From the human T2T-CHM13v2.0 reference genome, Homo sapiens, in assembly GCF_009914755.1 (NCBI RefSeq), contig NC_060931.1: a DNA stretch of 64,000 bases. One strand, written 5' to 3'. Position numbers and translations under genes: made by a program. Position 1 is the stretch's first letter, and every line of letters starts with the position of its first letter. Positions 1-19,295 of the stretch are shown here, piece by piece. The notes under the pieces are model-generated. The model ran no database searches and had not been told where the DNA came from. It was given only the letters and a program-made list of their open reading frames with translations.

Positions 1-2490
<2,490 letters not shown>

Positions 2491-2645
2491 CAAAACTAAT
2501 ATTTCTAAGATATATTCCCAGAGGTGTGGGGCTAAGTGGATTCCATGAACCCCAGGATACAAATGCAGGCTTCTCACTGGAGCCTATACCTCAGAGCCAC
2601 GCTGGCTGGTCAATCACCACCACGCTCCATTGCCAGGCGGAAATA

Positions 2646-2651
2646 TTTATT
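2646..2651 (-). terminator. Polyadenylation signal AATAAA of HIP1
   Basis: Plus-strand tttatt; on the minus strand a U-rich/TGTA upstream element and GT-rich downstream gtggtggtgattg. Confidence 0.8.
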
Positions 2652-3771
2652 TGAAAAATTGAAAACACAGATGCAATGTATTATACAAAGAAAGGTCTTA
2701 ATACCATAATAAAAGTATTGTTGGAGGGAAACAGAAGCCAGTGGCCACCTGCCCTGGGAAGGTAGGCACTCAGTGAAAAATGAAATTCATTTCAAGGAAC
2801 TACCCTAATGGAAACCCAGGGGAAAGGTTAAAAACAGAAGAAAAACAAACCCAACCCTATCCCTGCAAACTGAAATGTGAAAGAGTCTGTTATAAGTTTG
2901 AGACAACTGCATTATCACCAAGATGTAACCGAACCCCCTCGGTTTGTCCCTATGAGTGGTAATCAGTTTCATTTAGGGCCTTCAAACCTGAGGTAGTTGA
3001 GGGTCACCTGAAAGACATGTCTGGAAAAATCTACTCTCAGAATCGAACCCAACAGCATTGAATTGTTTCCTGTTGCTTTGGCTCCTGACAACACCACGGT
3101 GTGGTGCTGATCTTGTATTTGGTCTGGACCTGGGAGAGGAAGGAATTTGGCAGCAAACAGCTGGCTGGTTTGCTGCGCCAATGGCTGGCAGGTCCGTGGT
3201 GGTGGTTTTCTATGCTACAGGTGGTGCAGTCTCTGGAGGACAAGGATGGCAGAGAGAGGGCAAAGCCAGTTTGCTTGGAAAGCCAATGTTGGAACTGGAG
3301 GCTTTCCCTGGCAGGATTTCCAGAGATTTGGAAAGGTGGTAGAAGGTAGCAAGATGCTGACCGGTTATTAAAGACCAGGGTCAAATGGAGCCAGGAGACC
3401 CCTCTAGACTAAGGAGCTAAGAGGGAACTTCCAGCTGCAAGCTGAGAACTAGCTCCTGCACAGGGTCGAGGGGCCAAAGCCAACTAATCTGACCGGAGCG
3501 ACATGTACCTGTGATTCCCGTGTTACCTGGTGGCATAAACCTTGGTGTCTGACTTGGTAGCTGGGACAGTTCCAAGAAAAGTTGCTCTAGACAGTGGTTC
3601 TTCCAGCCACTGGGTTAGAGGGACCCGTATTCTGGTGGGATTTTAGGGGTACTGCTATGGACGGCTGCATCAGCAGACAATCTAAACTAGTCTCATTTAA
3701 ACTCCTTGCTCAGATATAAAATAACCCTGCCAAGATGGCTCTTCTCTTCTATTTCTTTCTCTCTCTCTCTC

Positions 3772-5373
<1,602 letters not shown>

Positions 5374-7503
5374 TAGAATGGCTGAGATCTAGAAGTGAGG
5401 ACTAGCCACTTTTGGAAATGTTGACCCGCATCAAGAACACACCGATTGGTTTAGTTGCCACAACTGGGACAGGGAAGCCACGCACCATTCCTTCTGAGCC
5501 TTGAATCAAAAAAATACTAAGCAGAAAGCAGCATTCAACATTAAGACTGCCCAATTTCTAGTGCTGATACTTCCTTAGCCCAGTATGGAGGTCACACGTC
5601 TGAGTATGGTCATCCGAGGTCCTGGGAGAGAGTTTTTTGAATGTCCCACTTAGAAAATGCACAGAGAGGGAGTTGGGGAGGGGGGTGGGCTAGGGAGATG
5701 GGGGTTGGTTCACAGTGATCAAACAGAAGTCTCACAACCCGTCATGTAGCAAAACCTAGCAATATTCTGTTGGAGCAGATCCTGGGAAGTGCTTGATGGC
5801 TACCACCAATGAGTTGCTATAGATAAAGAAGGAAGACGCTGTTTTTCCAAGATCAGAAGGTCACTTAAATGCTGGGGTCCATCTAGAAGAGGAAAAGTGC
5901 TGTTGGGCTGCCCATCCCTGGCAAGCTGTTCATGTGCCCTCTGTCCTCATCCTGTCCACAGGGCAGCGAGAGCCTGGGGCATGTGGCTGAAAGGAGTTGG
6001 AGCCGCTGGCTCTGTCCTTTCTCATTTTCTCTGACCCAAGAGCTCCAAATGATCTCCTTGCTTTGGGATCCAAGTCAGTAACAGTCCAGCACCTTGGCCT
6101 TTCTTCTGATTCTTGAAGGCTGATGTAGCCGGGCAGAAAGATGAGCCTTGCTAGAGTCACACCTGAAGTTCTGATTGCTCCAAGCATCTCTTTGTAGGCT
6201 GTTGCTGCTTAAGGGAGGTTAGTAATAAATACTAAGGGTAGCAAACCAAGTATAGGGTTCTTCCCTGATGGGAGCAATTGCATCTGATCTTCCGGGTTTG
6301 TCAATTGCGTAGAAGGTGGAACGATCTTCCTATTCAAGAGGATGCCAAGGCAGACGTCTGCAGAAAGGAGTTGGGAATCACTCCCACACTCCGTCTCTGG
6401 GCCAAGGGAGACGGCCCGCTTGACAGAGACCATTCACGGACAGTTCATTCCGGCAGGGAAGTAGTGTTGTTGATCTCACCAGCTCCATTCAAGCATGTGA
6501 TCAAGTTTTTGAGCCTCGTCACGGGAACTGGGCTGTGTGAACCCTCTTGTCCCTCTTTCTGTTGTCTTCTCCCTTGTAAAGGCGGACAGAGGCTTTCCGC
6601 CGGGATTCAGCTTTAGGAGGGAAAGGCACTCACTCTCCTTCTGCTTTTTGAGGAAAGCTGTCACTCAGCAGCTCCGCCTGACCCTGGAGCATGGACTGGG
6701 TGGGCCAGCACTTGGTCAGTGTGGAGGCGGAGATGGAGCACCGAGAGGCCTGGGCAGCACCATCGCTGGAGCTACCACAGTTGGGGGGCCCTGGAGACTC
6801 AGCCCCAGGGGTGTGCCCTTTGGGAGAGTTGGCTATGTGAGTGAAACTTAAAAAAAAAAACAAAACCAAAAAACCCAACCAACCACCATAAGAAGCAGTG
6901 GAAATCCATGGCACTGCCCAAAGAGGGGGAGAATGGCTTTGGCATTCACAGCCAGGACACTCCTGCCGTCCTTCTGACTGTGCAGATCTCAGGGTAGTGT
7001 CCTGGTTTGGAATCCATCAGCCCTCTGATGCTCACAAGTTTGTGCAAATGATGAAACTGAAAAGACTGAGAAGAAAACAGAAAAGAAAAGGCATAAGATC
7101 TTCCCTTTCCAAGCTGTCAACAAACAACAAGCAGCTCCTCTATTAAGGATACCCATTGTTGTGGGGGTCAAATAGTCAGCAGGACTGGATGTTGGTCCTC
7201 TCTGTTGAGTGGCCCTGCCCCCCACCACCCCTCTTCGTACCTAGGCTTGCTCATGGGCAGCACTGGCCAGCCTGGATGCTAACTAGGGAGGCGGGAAAAG
7301 AACAGAGATGACCATGGGTCCAAACAGAAAGGGTGTCGCTATGGAGGGAGTCTTTGGAAGTGTCATGCATGTCCTCGGCACTGGGTAATGGCAGTGGTGT
7401 GGCTGCCCCTGGGACTCCAAGGATTTGGCCTGTGGCTGGGGAAATAACACACACGAGATAGGTAACAAGGATTTACACTGACATATGGGGTGTTGGTTTG
7501 GCT

Positions 7504-7556
7504 CTATTCTTTTTCGGTTACCACTTCTTGCAGTGTAGGTGGAGATGCCTCTGTTC
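7504..7556 (-). CDS. HIP1: HIP1 exon 31 coding part ((G)TEASPPTLQEVVTEKE*)
   Basis: ttag|GA ACA ... GAA TAG; stop at 7504-7506. Confidence 0.96.
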
Positions 7557-7828
7557 CTAAAAGACAATGATAATTTATGTTGCAAAGCACTCATGAATGC
7601 ATTCATTCACTTAACCAACAAAACCTGCCACCATGGGGGCTCAAAAATACATTATAATTATAACCATGGTGTAATCACATAGTCCCCAAGTTTCGTGTCT
7701 AGGAATGACTAGGATCTGTCTATGGTTGGTGCCCAGAGTCAGTCAAGTCCACTAAGAGTGAACAGTCTTGGCTGTGATCAAGTTGACTGCTTTCGACATG
7801 CAGACAACAACATATAGACTCGAGGTGA

Positions 7829-8205
<377 letters not shown>

Positions 8206-8654
8206 TAGCACCTGATCCCTTCTGTCTTTTGGCAATTGTTGCCCTTCACTGGCTCTAGATAGACAGAACCTTGTAATTCACTTGTCCCTGTCTGCCAGAT
8301 CTCGACTGACCACTATTTATTCATTTTTCAACTCTCTGCTGGCCAGAAACTAAATTCCCAGGGAGTTGGCAAGGCTAGCTGGGCCTGGGAGGGAATGGCA
8401 GTGAGTGAGTTATGATCAATGTTTAGGTCTTAAAAGGTGACAACAAAAGCTTTCAAATCACCATAACTTCACCCAAAGTTAGGCTTAAAGGTTATTTACA
8501 ACGGAAGAGAAAACAGGTTCCATGAGGAGAGAAGAGAAGGAAGAAGCCACCGATCTGGTGGGTTCCTTGTTCTGTTCCATTCTAGGGGAAGGCCCTGGCC
8601 ACACAGCTTCCCCTCCCTGCTGCGGGTTAGTGCCCATCCTTGGAGTCAGCTTAC

Positions 8655-8763
8655 CTTCTTCCCAGCCCTCAGCAACACCAGCAAGCTCGTAGTGCTTTTT
8701 CCGAAGCTCTCCCAGTTTTTGACGCTCCTTCTGCAATTCATTTTCTAGCTCTAGCACCCTAAC
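8655..8763 (-). CDS. HIP1: HIP1 exon 30 (VRVLELENELQKERQKLGELRKKHYELAGVAEGWEE)
   Basis: 109 nt; acag|GTT ... G|gtaagc. Confidence 0.96.
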
Positions 8764-9564
8764 CTGTAAGGGAAAGTAAGTGGGATTTTCTCTTAATCAG
8801 CTCTCAGAGATTTAATTTTTATTTATTTTTTTATAGAGATGGGGTCTTGTTCTGCTGCCCAGGCTGGTAGTGAACTCCTGGCCTCAAGAGATCCTCCTGT
8901 CTTGGCCTCCCTAAGTGCTGAGATTACAGGCATGAAACACCATGCCCAGCCTACATCTATCTTATTTTGATTACTCCCTTTCTGCTGCATTGTGAATTCC
9001 TCTTCTTCCATATTATTCACCGTTTCCATACTTTATCTGGCCCTCAATTTCAATTCTCTTCTTTGCTCTAATTTTTCCATTCTCCCATTCATTTATCTAT
9101 CCCAGTAGCTCTTATGCTTTACTCACTGTGATCTTCTACTGGAAGTGAATGATGCTTTACAAATGCCTAAATGGTAGGTGGGCTTATCTTCTGTTCCTCT
9201 GAGAAATCACTATCTAAAAACAACTCTAATGTTTAGCCTAACTGTATGGTGAGTACCAATCTAGTTGTAACCCTTCTTCAATCCCAGTTCCCTAGAAACC
9301 CAGGTAGGAAGCAAATATGATGGTTCTGATATCTTTCAGGTATTTGTGCAACTTACACTTATTACTGCTACAGGAAAAAGCCTGGAAAATCTTACTATAA
9401 AGGAAAGGGTGATCTTGTCTAGCTCTACTTCTCATTAATGTAATTTATTTTATTTCTTAATTCAAGGAATATTTGCTGGCCGGGCATGGTGGCTTATGCC
9501 CGTAATCCCAGCACTTTGGGAGGCCAACGTGGGTGGATCACCTGGGGTCAGGAGTTAGAGACTA

Positions 9565-9762
<198 letters not shown>

Positions 9763-10883
9763 TCAAAAAAAAAAAAAAAAGAAGGAAAAATTAGCTGGGC
9801 ATGGTGGTGTGTATCTGTAGTCCCAGCTACTCAGGAGGCTGAGGTGGGAGGATCCGCCTGAGCCCAGGAGTTTGAGGCTGCAGTGAGCTGTGATCACACC
9901 AATGCACTCCAGCCTGGGGAACAGAGCAAGGCCCTGACTCAAAAAGAGAAAAAAAAATGCTGAGTGACACATCTTGGAGTACTTTAACAATTCCAATTTG
10001 AAATTCACCCCAAGACTGATGACCAGTTATTCTAGAAAAACTATGTCAATTTTTTTTTAAAGGATCTCGCTGATACCTATTTTACATAATATGACTTTAT
10101 AGAACAACAGAGAGAAATAATGGCATTGCCTTTGATGAGTTAAAAGGATTTTCTCTTTTAAAACTAAAAGTCATACGCAAATAATTCATACCAGAAGTCT
10201 AAAACAGTGTTTATAGTAAGACTATTAAGTTTGTGGATACTAAGAGATCCTGGATAACATGTAAAGGAACGTTAGTCCAAGAATAGTGGGCAAGAGTTAA
10301 GAGTCTGATCTTGGCTGGGTGTGGTGGCTCACACCTGTAATCCCAGCCCTTTGGGAGGCTGAGGCAGGAGGGTTGTGTGAGGCCAGGAGTTGAGACCAGC
10401 CTGGGCAACATAGTAAGACCCCGTCTCTATCTTATTTAAAAAAAAAAAAGGGCCGGTGGCTCACGCCTGTAATCCCAGCACTTTGGAAGGCCCAGGTGGG
10501 CAGATCACAAGGTCAGGAGTTTGAGACCAGCCTGGCCAGCATGGTGAAACCTTATCTCTATTAAAAATAAAAAATTAAGGCCGGGCACGGTGGCTCACGC
10601 TTGTAATCCCAGCAGTTTGGGAGGCCAAGGCAGGCAGATCACGAGGTCAGGAGATCGAGACCATCCTGGCTAACACGGTGAAACCCTGTCTCTACTAAAA
10701 ATACAAAAAATTAGCCAGGCATGGTGGTGGGCGCCTGTAGTTCCAGCTACTCAGAGAGGCTGAGGCAGGAGAATGGCGTGAACCTGAGAGAGGGAGCTTG
10801 CAGTGAGCCGAGATCACACCACTGCACTCCAGCCTGGGCGAGAGAGCAAGACTCCGTCTCAAAAAAAAAAAAAAAATTAGCTA

Positions 10884-11084
<201 letters not shown>

Positions 11085-11249
11085 TCACCTTCTCTACCTC
11101 CACTGTTTCTTCCGGCAAGATTTACATTCAGTCTTGGGTTAGTAGGTGCACCTGTGTTCATTTCCCTCTGGCTTTTCTCCATGGGAATAATATTCAGAGT
11201 CCATGTCTAGGCAATAGAGGCTATCTAGACTTACAGATGGAGCTCTCAC

Positions 11250-11311
11250 CTGAGAATCCATCTCTTGGCGTTTGATCTGTGTCAGCGTCATGCTTGAGAA
11301 GTCCATGTTGT
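11250..11311 (-). CDS. HIP1: HIP1 exon 29 (NMDFSSMTLTQIKRQEMDSQ)
   Basis: 62 nt; gcag|AC ... CAG|gtgaga. Confidence 0.96.
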
Positions 11312-11509
11312 CTGCAAGGATGGAAACAAGAAGGTCTCATCAAATTCTACCCTGGCTGACTGGCACCTGAGAGGCAGCCAATGCCAATGCTCTGTGGAAA
11401 CGCCTGGCTTGCCATTTGTCAACACTGCATGAAAGTAACTGAGGGGGCCGGACAACGGTGGCTCACTCCTGTAATCCTAGCTCTTTGGGAGGCTGAGGTG
11501 GGTGGATCA

Positions 11510-11761
<252 letters not shown>

Positions 11762-11770
11762 TCACACCTA

Positions 11771-12082
<312 letters not shown>

Positions 12083-12181
12083 TTAGACACAGTCCTGTGG
12101 GATTTGGTTGGGATCACAGGGAAGGATGCAGAGAAGAGCTCAACAGGGTGGGTAAGAAAAGGGTCCCTTTGGAAAGGCTAC

Positions 12182-12305
12182 CTGTCTCTTCGATCTGTGA
12201 TTTGCCGGAAATGGTTGAGGCCACAACGCCGGCAGTGGCCTGGTTCACTCCCCGAGAGGCCTGCTGCAGCTGGGCTAGGTTGGGGCTGTCCTTATCAGCT
12301 TTCAC
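12182..12305 (-). CDS. HIP1: HIP1 exon 28 (VKADKDSPNL...SQIEET)
   Basis: 124 nt; gtag|GTG ... G|gtagcc. Confidence 0.96.
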
Positions 12306-12692
12306 CTACCAGGACAAAGCAGATTTAGGTTCATACAACACCTAGAGCAACAAGGACTGAATCAGATAATTGCTCTGATGGTTCTTAGCAAACATATGTG
12401 GGCCAAACGGCAATCACCAATCAGCTTCTCAAAATCTGCTGACTATAGTCAGCTCCTGACATATCTATCATATAAAAAGTTATTCCTGGCTTCTTTGCTT
12501 GGTGGATCCCAAACTCTAAGCATTATCACTTATTTGGACAATGTGCCCAGTTGTGGAAACCAATTTGGGATGACAAGAAATAAGGACAAATAAAGAACAC
12601 TCTGGGATACTGTGAAACTCTTAAAAAGGATTTGGGGCACACTTTACATGAGAATCAGTTGGGGGCATTGATGATATTGATTCAAAAAATAA

Positions 12693-12902
<210 letters not shown>

Positions 12903-13315
12903 TGAACTCCCGACCTCAGGCCTCCTAAAAGTGCTGGGATTACAGGAGTGAGCCATCGTGCCCGGCCTGATTCAAATTTGAACACTAATAAAGAGGGGTT
13001 GTAGAATCTCACAGCCAAGCCAGGTAACCTGTTCATGATGCCAACCTATTCCTTATTCGAGTGTTTCTTGAATGCCAGGACTGCTAATCGGAAGTTGGCA
13101 TTGCTGGGACTCTCTAAGGCCACTTGTAACAGATGTGAGGAAAGCCGCGAGGGACATGTGTGGCACACCTGGGTACAGACTGGGTACAGACATTCCTTGC
13201 TGTCACATGAAAGGCCTCTAAGGCCAGGTGTGGTGGCTCACGCCTGTAATCCCAGCACTTTGGGAGGCTGAGGTGGGTGGATCACAAGGTCAGGAGATCG
13301 AGGCCATCCTGGCTA

Positions 13316-13564
<249 letters not shown>

Positions 13565-13634
13565 TTATTTGGAATCGAATCCACCTGAGCCCTGGATAGA
13601 TCATTTGTTCTCAAGGCCAGTTCCATCCCATCAT

Positions 13635-13968
13635 CCAAGTACTATCTAACCTAGCCAAGTACTCTCTAACTCCTAAGTAGTCTCTAACCTAGCCAAGTAC
13701 CATCTAACCTAACCAAGTACCATCTAACCTAGCCAAGTACTATCTAACGTAGCCAAGTATTCTCTAATCCTTTAGTATTCTCTAACCCAGCCAAGTACCA
13801 TCTAACCTAGCCAAGTACTCTCTAACCCCTTAGTACTCTTTAACCTAGCCAAGTACAGTCTAACCTAGCCAAGTGCCATCTAACCTGGCCAAGTACTCTC
13901 TAACTCAGCCAAGTACTGCCTAACGCAGCCAAGTACTCTTTAACCTAGCCTAGTACTCTCTAACCAGG
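13635..13968. repeat. Minisatellite, 17 units of ~20 bp (CCAAGTACTMTCTAACCTAG)
   Basis: Units read directly; three 18-bp variants at 13655, 13753 and 13811. Confidence 0.95.
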
Positions 13969-14004
13969 CCTTCCAGCGTCCTAGGAGGTCCAGCCAGGTC
14001 CTAC

Positions 14005-14110
14005 CTTGGATGCAGCCACAAGCTGGGCTGTGCTAGCAGCAATTTCATGAGAACACACCATTAGCTCCTCAAATTTCCCTCTGCCTTGTACCACCAGATC
14101 AGCTGCATCC
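14005..14110 (-). CDS. HIP1: HIP1 exon 27 (DAADLVVQG...EIAASTAQLVAASK)
   Basis: 106 nt; tcag|G ... AAG|gtagga. Confidence 0.96.
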
Positions 14111-14397
14111 CTGATGGAAAACGACAAGAGGGACTAGGTTACGGGCAAATGAGCTGCAACTCCTCCACAATCCCACCTCCAGACCACCCCATCGCCCTTG
14201 GCTAAACAGGGAGGGGAGGCTGCCTGCCCTGTGTCCCCTGGGAGAGCCAGGCTCCCTTGTAAACTCGGTCCTATTGACTTCCTGATCAATAGTTTATTTC
14301 TAAGGGACAGATTTTTTTTTCCCTCCTTAGCTATTGTTTGGAGTGGATCAATGGAAGAGGGGTCATGGGAGGACCCTTGGTACCAATAGATACTTAC

Positions 14398-14498
14398 ACC
14401 ATGACAGTGGCTCCCCAGCCCACAGCCTTGGAGGCTGAGATAAGTCCTTCTGTCCATCGAGAGTTCTTGGCATAAAACTCTTTAGGGGATGCTGTACC
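14398..14498 (-). CDS. HIP1: HIP1 exon 26 (GTASPKEFYAKNSRWTEGLISASKAVGWGATVM)
   Basis: 101 nt; ctag|GGT ... GT|gtaagt; talin-like WTEGLISA signature. Confidence 0.96.
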
Positions 14499-14519
14499 CT
14501 AGGGAAATAAAAAATAGTA

Positions 14520-14665
14520 ATAGCCACCTTTTATTGAGCATGTACTATATGGCAGGTGCTTTTATACATATATTATCCCAAATCATCCTCATAGTAACTC
14601 TGAGACATAAGCATTAGTATTCCCATTTTACAAAAAAGAAGAAGATTCAGAGACCAAAATGGCTT
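14520..14665. mobile_element. MIR fragment (similar pieces at 19320-19480, 43330-43460, 60150-60250)
   Basis: ttattgagca..tactat..aggtgct; aatcctcat..aactct..tattcccattttaca core. Confidence 0.6.
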
Positions 14666-15036
14666 TTCCAGCTGGGTGCAGTGGCGCTCGCCTGTAATCC
14701 CAGCACTTTGGGAGGCTGAGGCAGGTGGATCACTTGAGGTCAGGAGTTCAAGACCAGCTTGGGCAACATGGTGAAACCCTGTCTCTATTAAAAATACAAA
14801 AATTAGCTAGGTGTGGTGGTGGGTGCCTGTGATCCCAGCTACTCAGGAGGCTGAGGCAGGACAATCACTTGAACCTAGGAGGCGGAGGTTGCAGTGAGCC
14901 GAGATCGCGTCACTGCACTCTAGCCTGAGCAACAGAGCGAGATTCTGTCTCAAACAAAACAAAACAAAACCCTGGCTAGGCGCGGTGGTTCACGCCTGTA
15001 ATCCCAGCACTTTGCGAGGCCAAGGCGGGCAGATCA

Positions 15037-15381
<345 letters not shown>

Positions 15382-16248
15382 CTACCATACCATGACATTT
15401 CTGTATTGTATATATAAGAATAAATATTCTCATATGAATAAGTTATGATCTGAAAAGAGTCTAGCCACTCTCTGCGATTTGCCAAAAAAAGGAGACTACA
15501 CAGTGAATACATTAAAAAAAAATATTTCTACTTGGATTTGAAAAATGTTTTTATGCTTTGGAAGTGTCTGATAGTCTGAGAATCTGCAGATAATCCTTGT
15601 CCAGTCCATCTTTCTATTTTAGAAACAGAAAACATCAGCTCTCAGGAAGATAAAAGGCACCAGCAAAGCAGGCCTGGCTGCTTGCTTTATGGCACCGTTC
15701 TCAGGCTCATTAACCCCTCCCCTGGACTTACGCCTCCCGAGCTGCGGCGGCATATGGGGAAATGGGAAAAAAACAAGATGATGATAATCCCAGCAAAGGT
15801 GTGAGACCACGAAGTGGTGCGTTGATAAGAGGCTGACAGCAGAGTCTATTTGTAAGGGTGAGTTGACTCTGCTGTTAGAAACAGATTAGGCCGAACTCCC
15901 TGTGAAAAGCCAGTCTCAAGTTGGCATTCAGGATCTGCTTCTTTTGCAAAAGTCCTCATGTCCCCCTCAGAGTACCCAGGTTTGCAATGTAAAAAGGGCT
16001 CCCACAGCAAGTTCCAACAATGTCTGCCTGTGCGAAGGGAGCTGGAGTTGGGACACATGCCTGGCCACCCTCTGGGGAGGTCTTGGAGCTCTGACTTCTC
16101 CCCAGGGCCTCTGCTGATATCTACAGGAGTGGCTGCTCTGTACTCAGGTGGACACACAGAGTAAGACGGCAGCATCACAGAGTCCGTTGGAGCGGGAGTC
16201 TGTCACCGATGCCTCCTCTTCCTGCCCAGGGCCCACACCCACGCTCAC

Positions 16249-16342
16249 CCTGCCGCTCTCCACAATCTCTCTCTGGAGGTCCTTAGAGGCCACGATGAGC
16301 ACCTGAATAGCTTGCATGAGGCTGGTACAGCAACCAAGGATC
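16249..16342 (-). CDS. HIP1: HIP1 exon 25 (ILGCCTSLMQAIQVLIVASKDLQREIVESGR)
   Basis: 94 nt; gcag|G ... AGG|gtgagc. Confidence 0.96.
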
Positions 16343-16575
16343 CTGCCAAACAAACAAGTCGAGGATACACTGAGATCAAGATCCAAGATCAATGAAAACG
16401 ACGGTTCTCTTCCCCACTCCTAGCCAAAGGCAAGCTTGGAATGGGAAAGGGAGGTAAGAAGGGTGCTGAGGTTGCTGGAACATTCTGCGGGGAGGCACCG
16501 AAGGAGAGGCTGGGGAGTGAGAGAGATCTAATTGTGGGTCTCCATCGTAAGGAATAGTGAAATTGTGATTCCTAG

Positions 16576-16914
<339 letters not shown>

Positions 16915-17064
16915 TAATACTGTTATTGATGATTACATCAACTCAGCCCTTCCCCGTGGCTGCTACTGCTCTCCTCTAATTCCCTAATAAGTATGCAAAG
17001 TATAGACCAATGTCAGGAAGACAGATCCTGCTCCCCTAGGTCCCACCATGCCGCTCAGACCGAC

Positions 17065-17123
17065 CTTTCATTCACCTCCAATTTGACTCCTGTGTCTCCT
17101 GCTCGGGATTTGCTGAGCATCTC
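17065..17123 (-). CDS. HIP1: HIP1 exon 24 (EMLSKSRAGDTGVKLEVNE)
   Basis: 59 nt; acag|GAG ... AG|gtcggt. Confidence 0.95.
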
Positions 17124-18200
17124 CTGTGAAAAAGAAGCATGGTTTCTAAATGTGCCTTGAATATTAAGGATCCACTAATGTCTTACTATACTTTCAGTCC
17201 AACATCGTGTGGTAGCTGGGAAACCTGAATCTGGAAGTCCCCAAGTCCCTGCCCACATTCTTGAGAGAGTCAGAAAAGAATCCAGACTCTAACCTATTCA
17301 GGGGGAGTGCAGCTGCAGTGGGCTGGCTCTGTGATCCGTGTCATTTTGTTTTGTTTTGAGATGGAGTCTCACTCTGTCACCCAGGCTGGAGTGAGCGGTA
17401 CGATCTCGGCTCACTGCAACCTCCGCCTCCTGGGTTCAAGTGATTCTTCTGCCTCAGCCTTCTGAGTGGCTGGGATTACAGGCACGCGCCACCACGCCCA
17501 GCTAATTTTTGTATGTTTAGTAGAGACCAGGTTTCACCATGTTGTCCAGGCTGGTCTCAAACTCCTGACCTCATGATCTGCCTGCCTCGGCCTCCCAAAG
17601 TGCTGGGAATACAGGCGTGAGCCACCACGCCTGGCCAGAACCCAGGATGTTCTGACACCAAAGTATCTGATTCTTGAGGAAACTAATCACCTTCTCTCAT
17701 GAGGACCTTCTCTCATGAGGACCTTCTCATTTTCTATCACTCAGAAAAACTAGCGAGTTCAGATTTTGGTCTCTCTTTTTTTTTTTTATAATTTAAAAAC
17801 ATTTTTACAGACAGGGTCTCACTCTCTCACCCAGGCTAGAGTGCAGTGGTGCAATCATGGCTCACTGTAGCCTCCAATTCCTGGGCTCAAGTGATCCTCC
17901 TGCAGCCTCTGGAGTAGCTGGGACTATAAGCATGCACCACCATGCCCAGCTAATTATTTTATCTTTTGTAGAGATGGGGTCTTGCTATGATGTCCAGGCT
18001 GGTCTCAAACTCCTGGACTCAAGTGATCCTCCCAAGGTGCTGGGGTTACAGGCATGAGCCACTGTGCCTGGCAAATTCTGGTTTCTGTCTTAGGGGGTTG
18101 CCATGGCCTTAATGAACGACTGTGACATGTTTAATGAGCAGTGTTGCAGAAGGGCAGCTGCAAAGGCATCGTTTCAGGAGATCCTGCAGGAACCTCCTAC

Positions 18201-18311
18201 CTCTATTCTGGCCGTGGCAGTTTCAATAGCAGCTGAAGTGGCCGCCATCTCCTTGTCCACCAGGTCCCCCAGCTCCTCCTGCTTGATGTCCAGTCCCCTG
18301 GGCAGGAGCTC
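18201..18311 (-). CDS. HIP1: HIP1 exon 23 (ELLPRGLDIK...TATARIE; start of I/LWEQ domain)
   Basis: 111 nt; acag|GAG ... GAG|gtagga. Confidence 0.96.
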
Positions 18312-18379
18312 CTGTGAACACATCACAAAGGCTGAACTGACCTTGGGGCCTCCTGTCTCTTCTCCTCTGCCATCTGTAA

Positions 18380-19295
<916 letters not shown>

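Noticed and set aside
13635-13968. CRISPR-like array
   Set aside because: Contiguous degenerate units with no unique spacers, in a human intron, with no cas genes. It is a minisatellite.
14530-14535. Minus-strand AATAAA just before the exon 26 acceptor
   Set aside because: Ordinary MIR-derived hexamer; cleavage would fall on the 3' splice site and there is no supporting context.
15778-15837. Box C (ATGATGA) and box D (CTGA) snoRNA-like pair
   Set aside because: On the strand opposite the host gene, no terminal stem, no recognisable guide.
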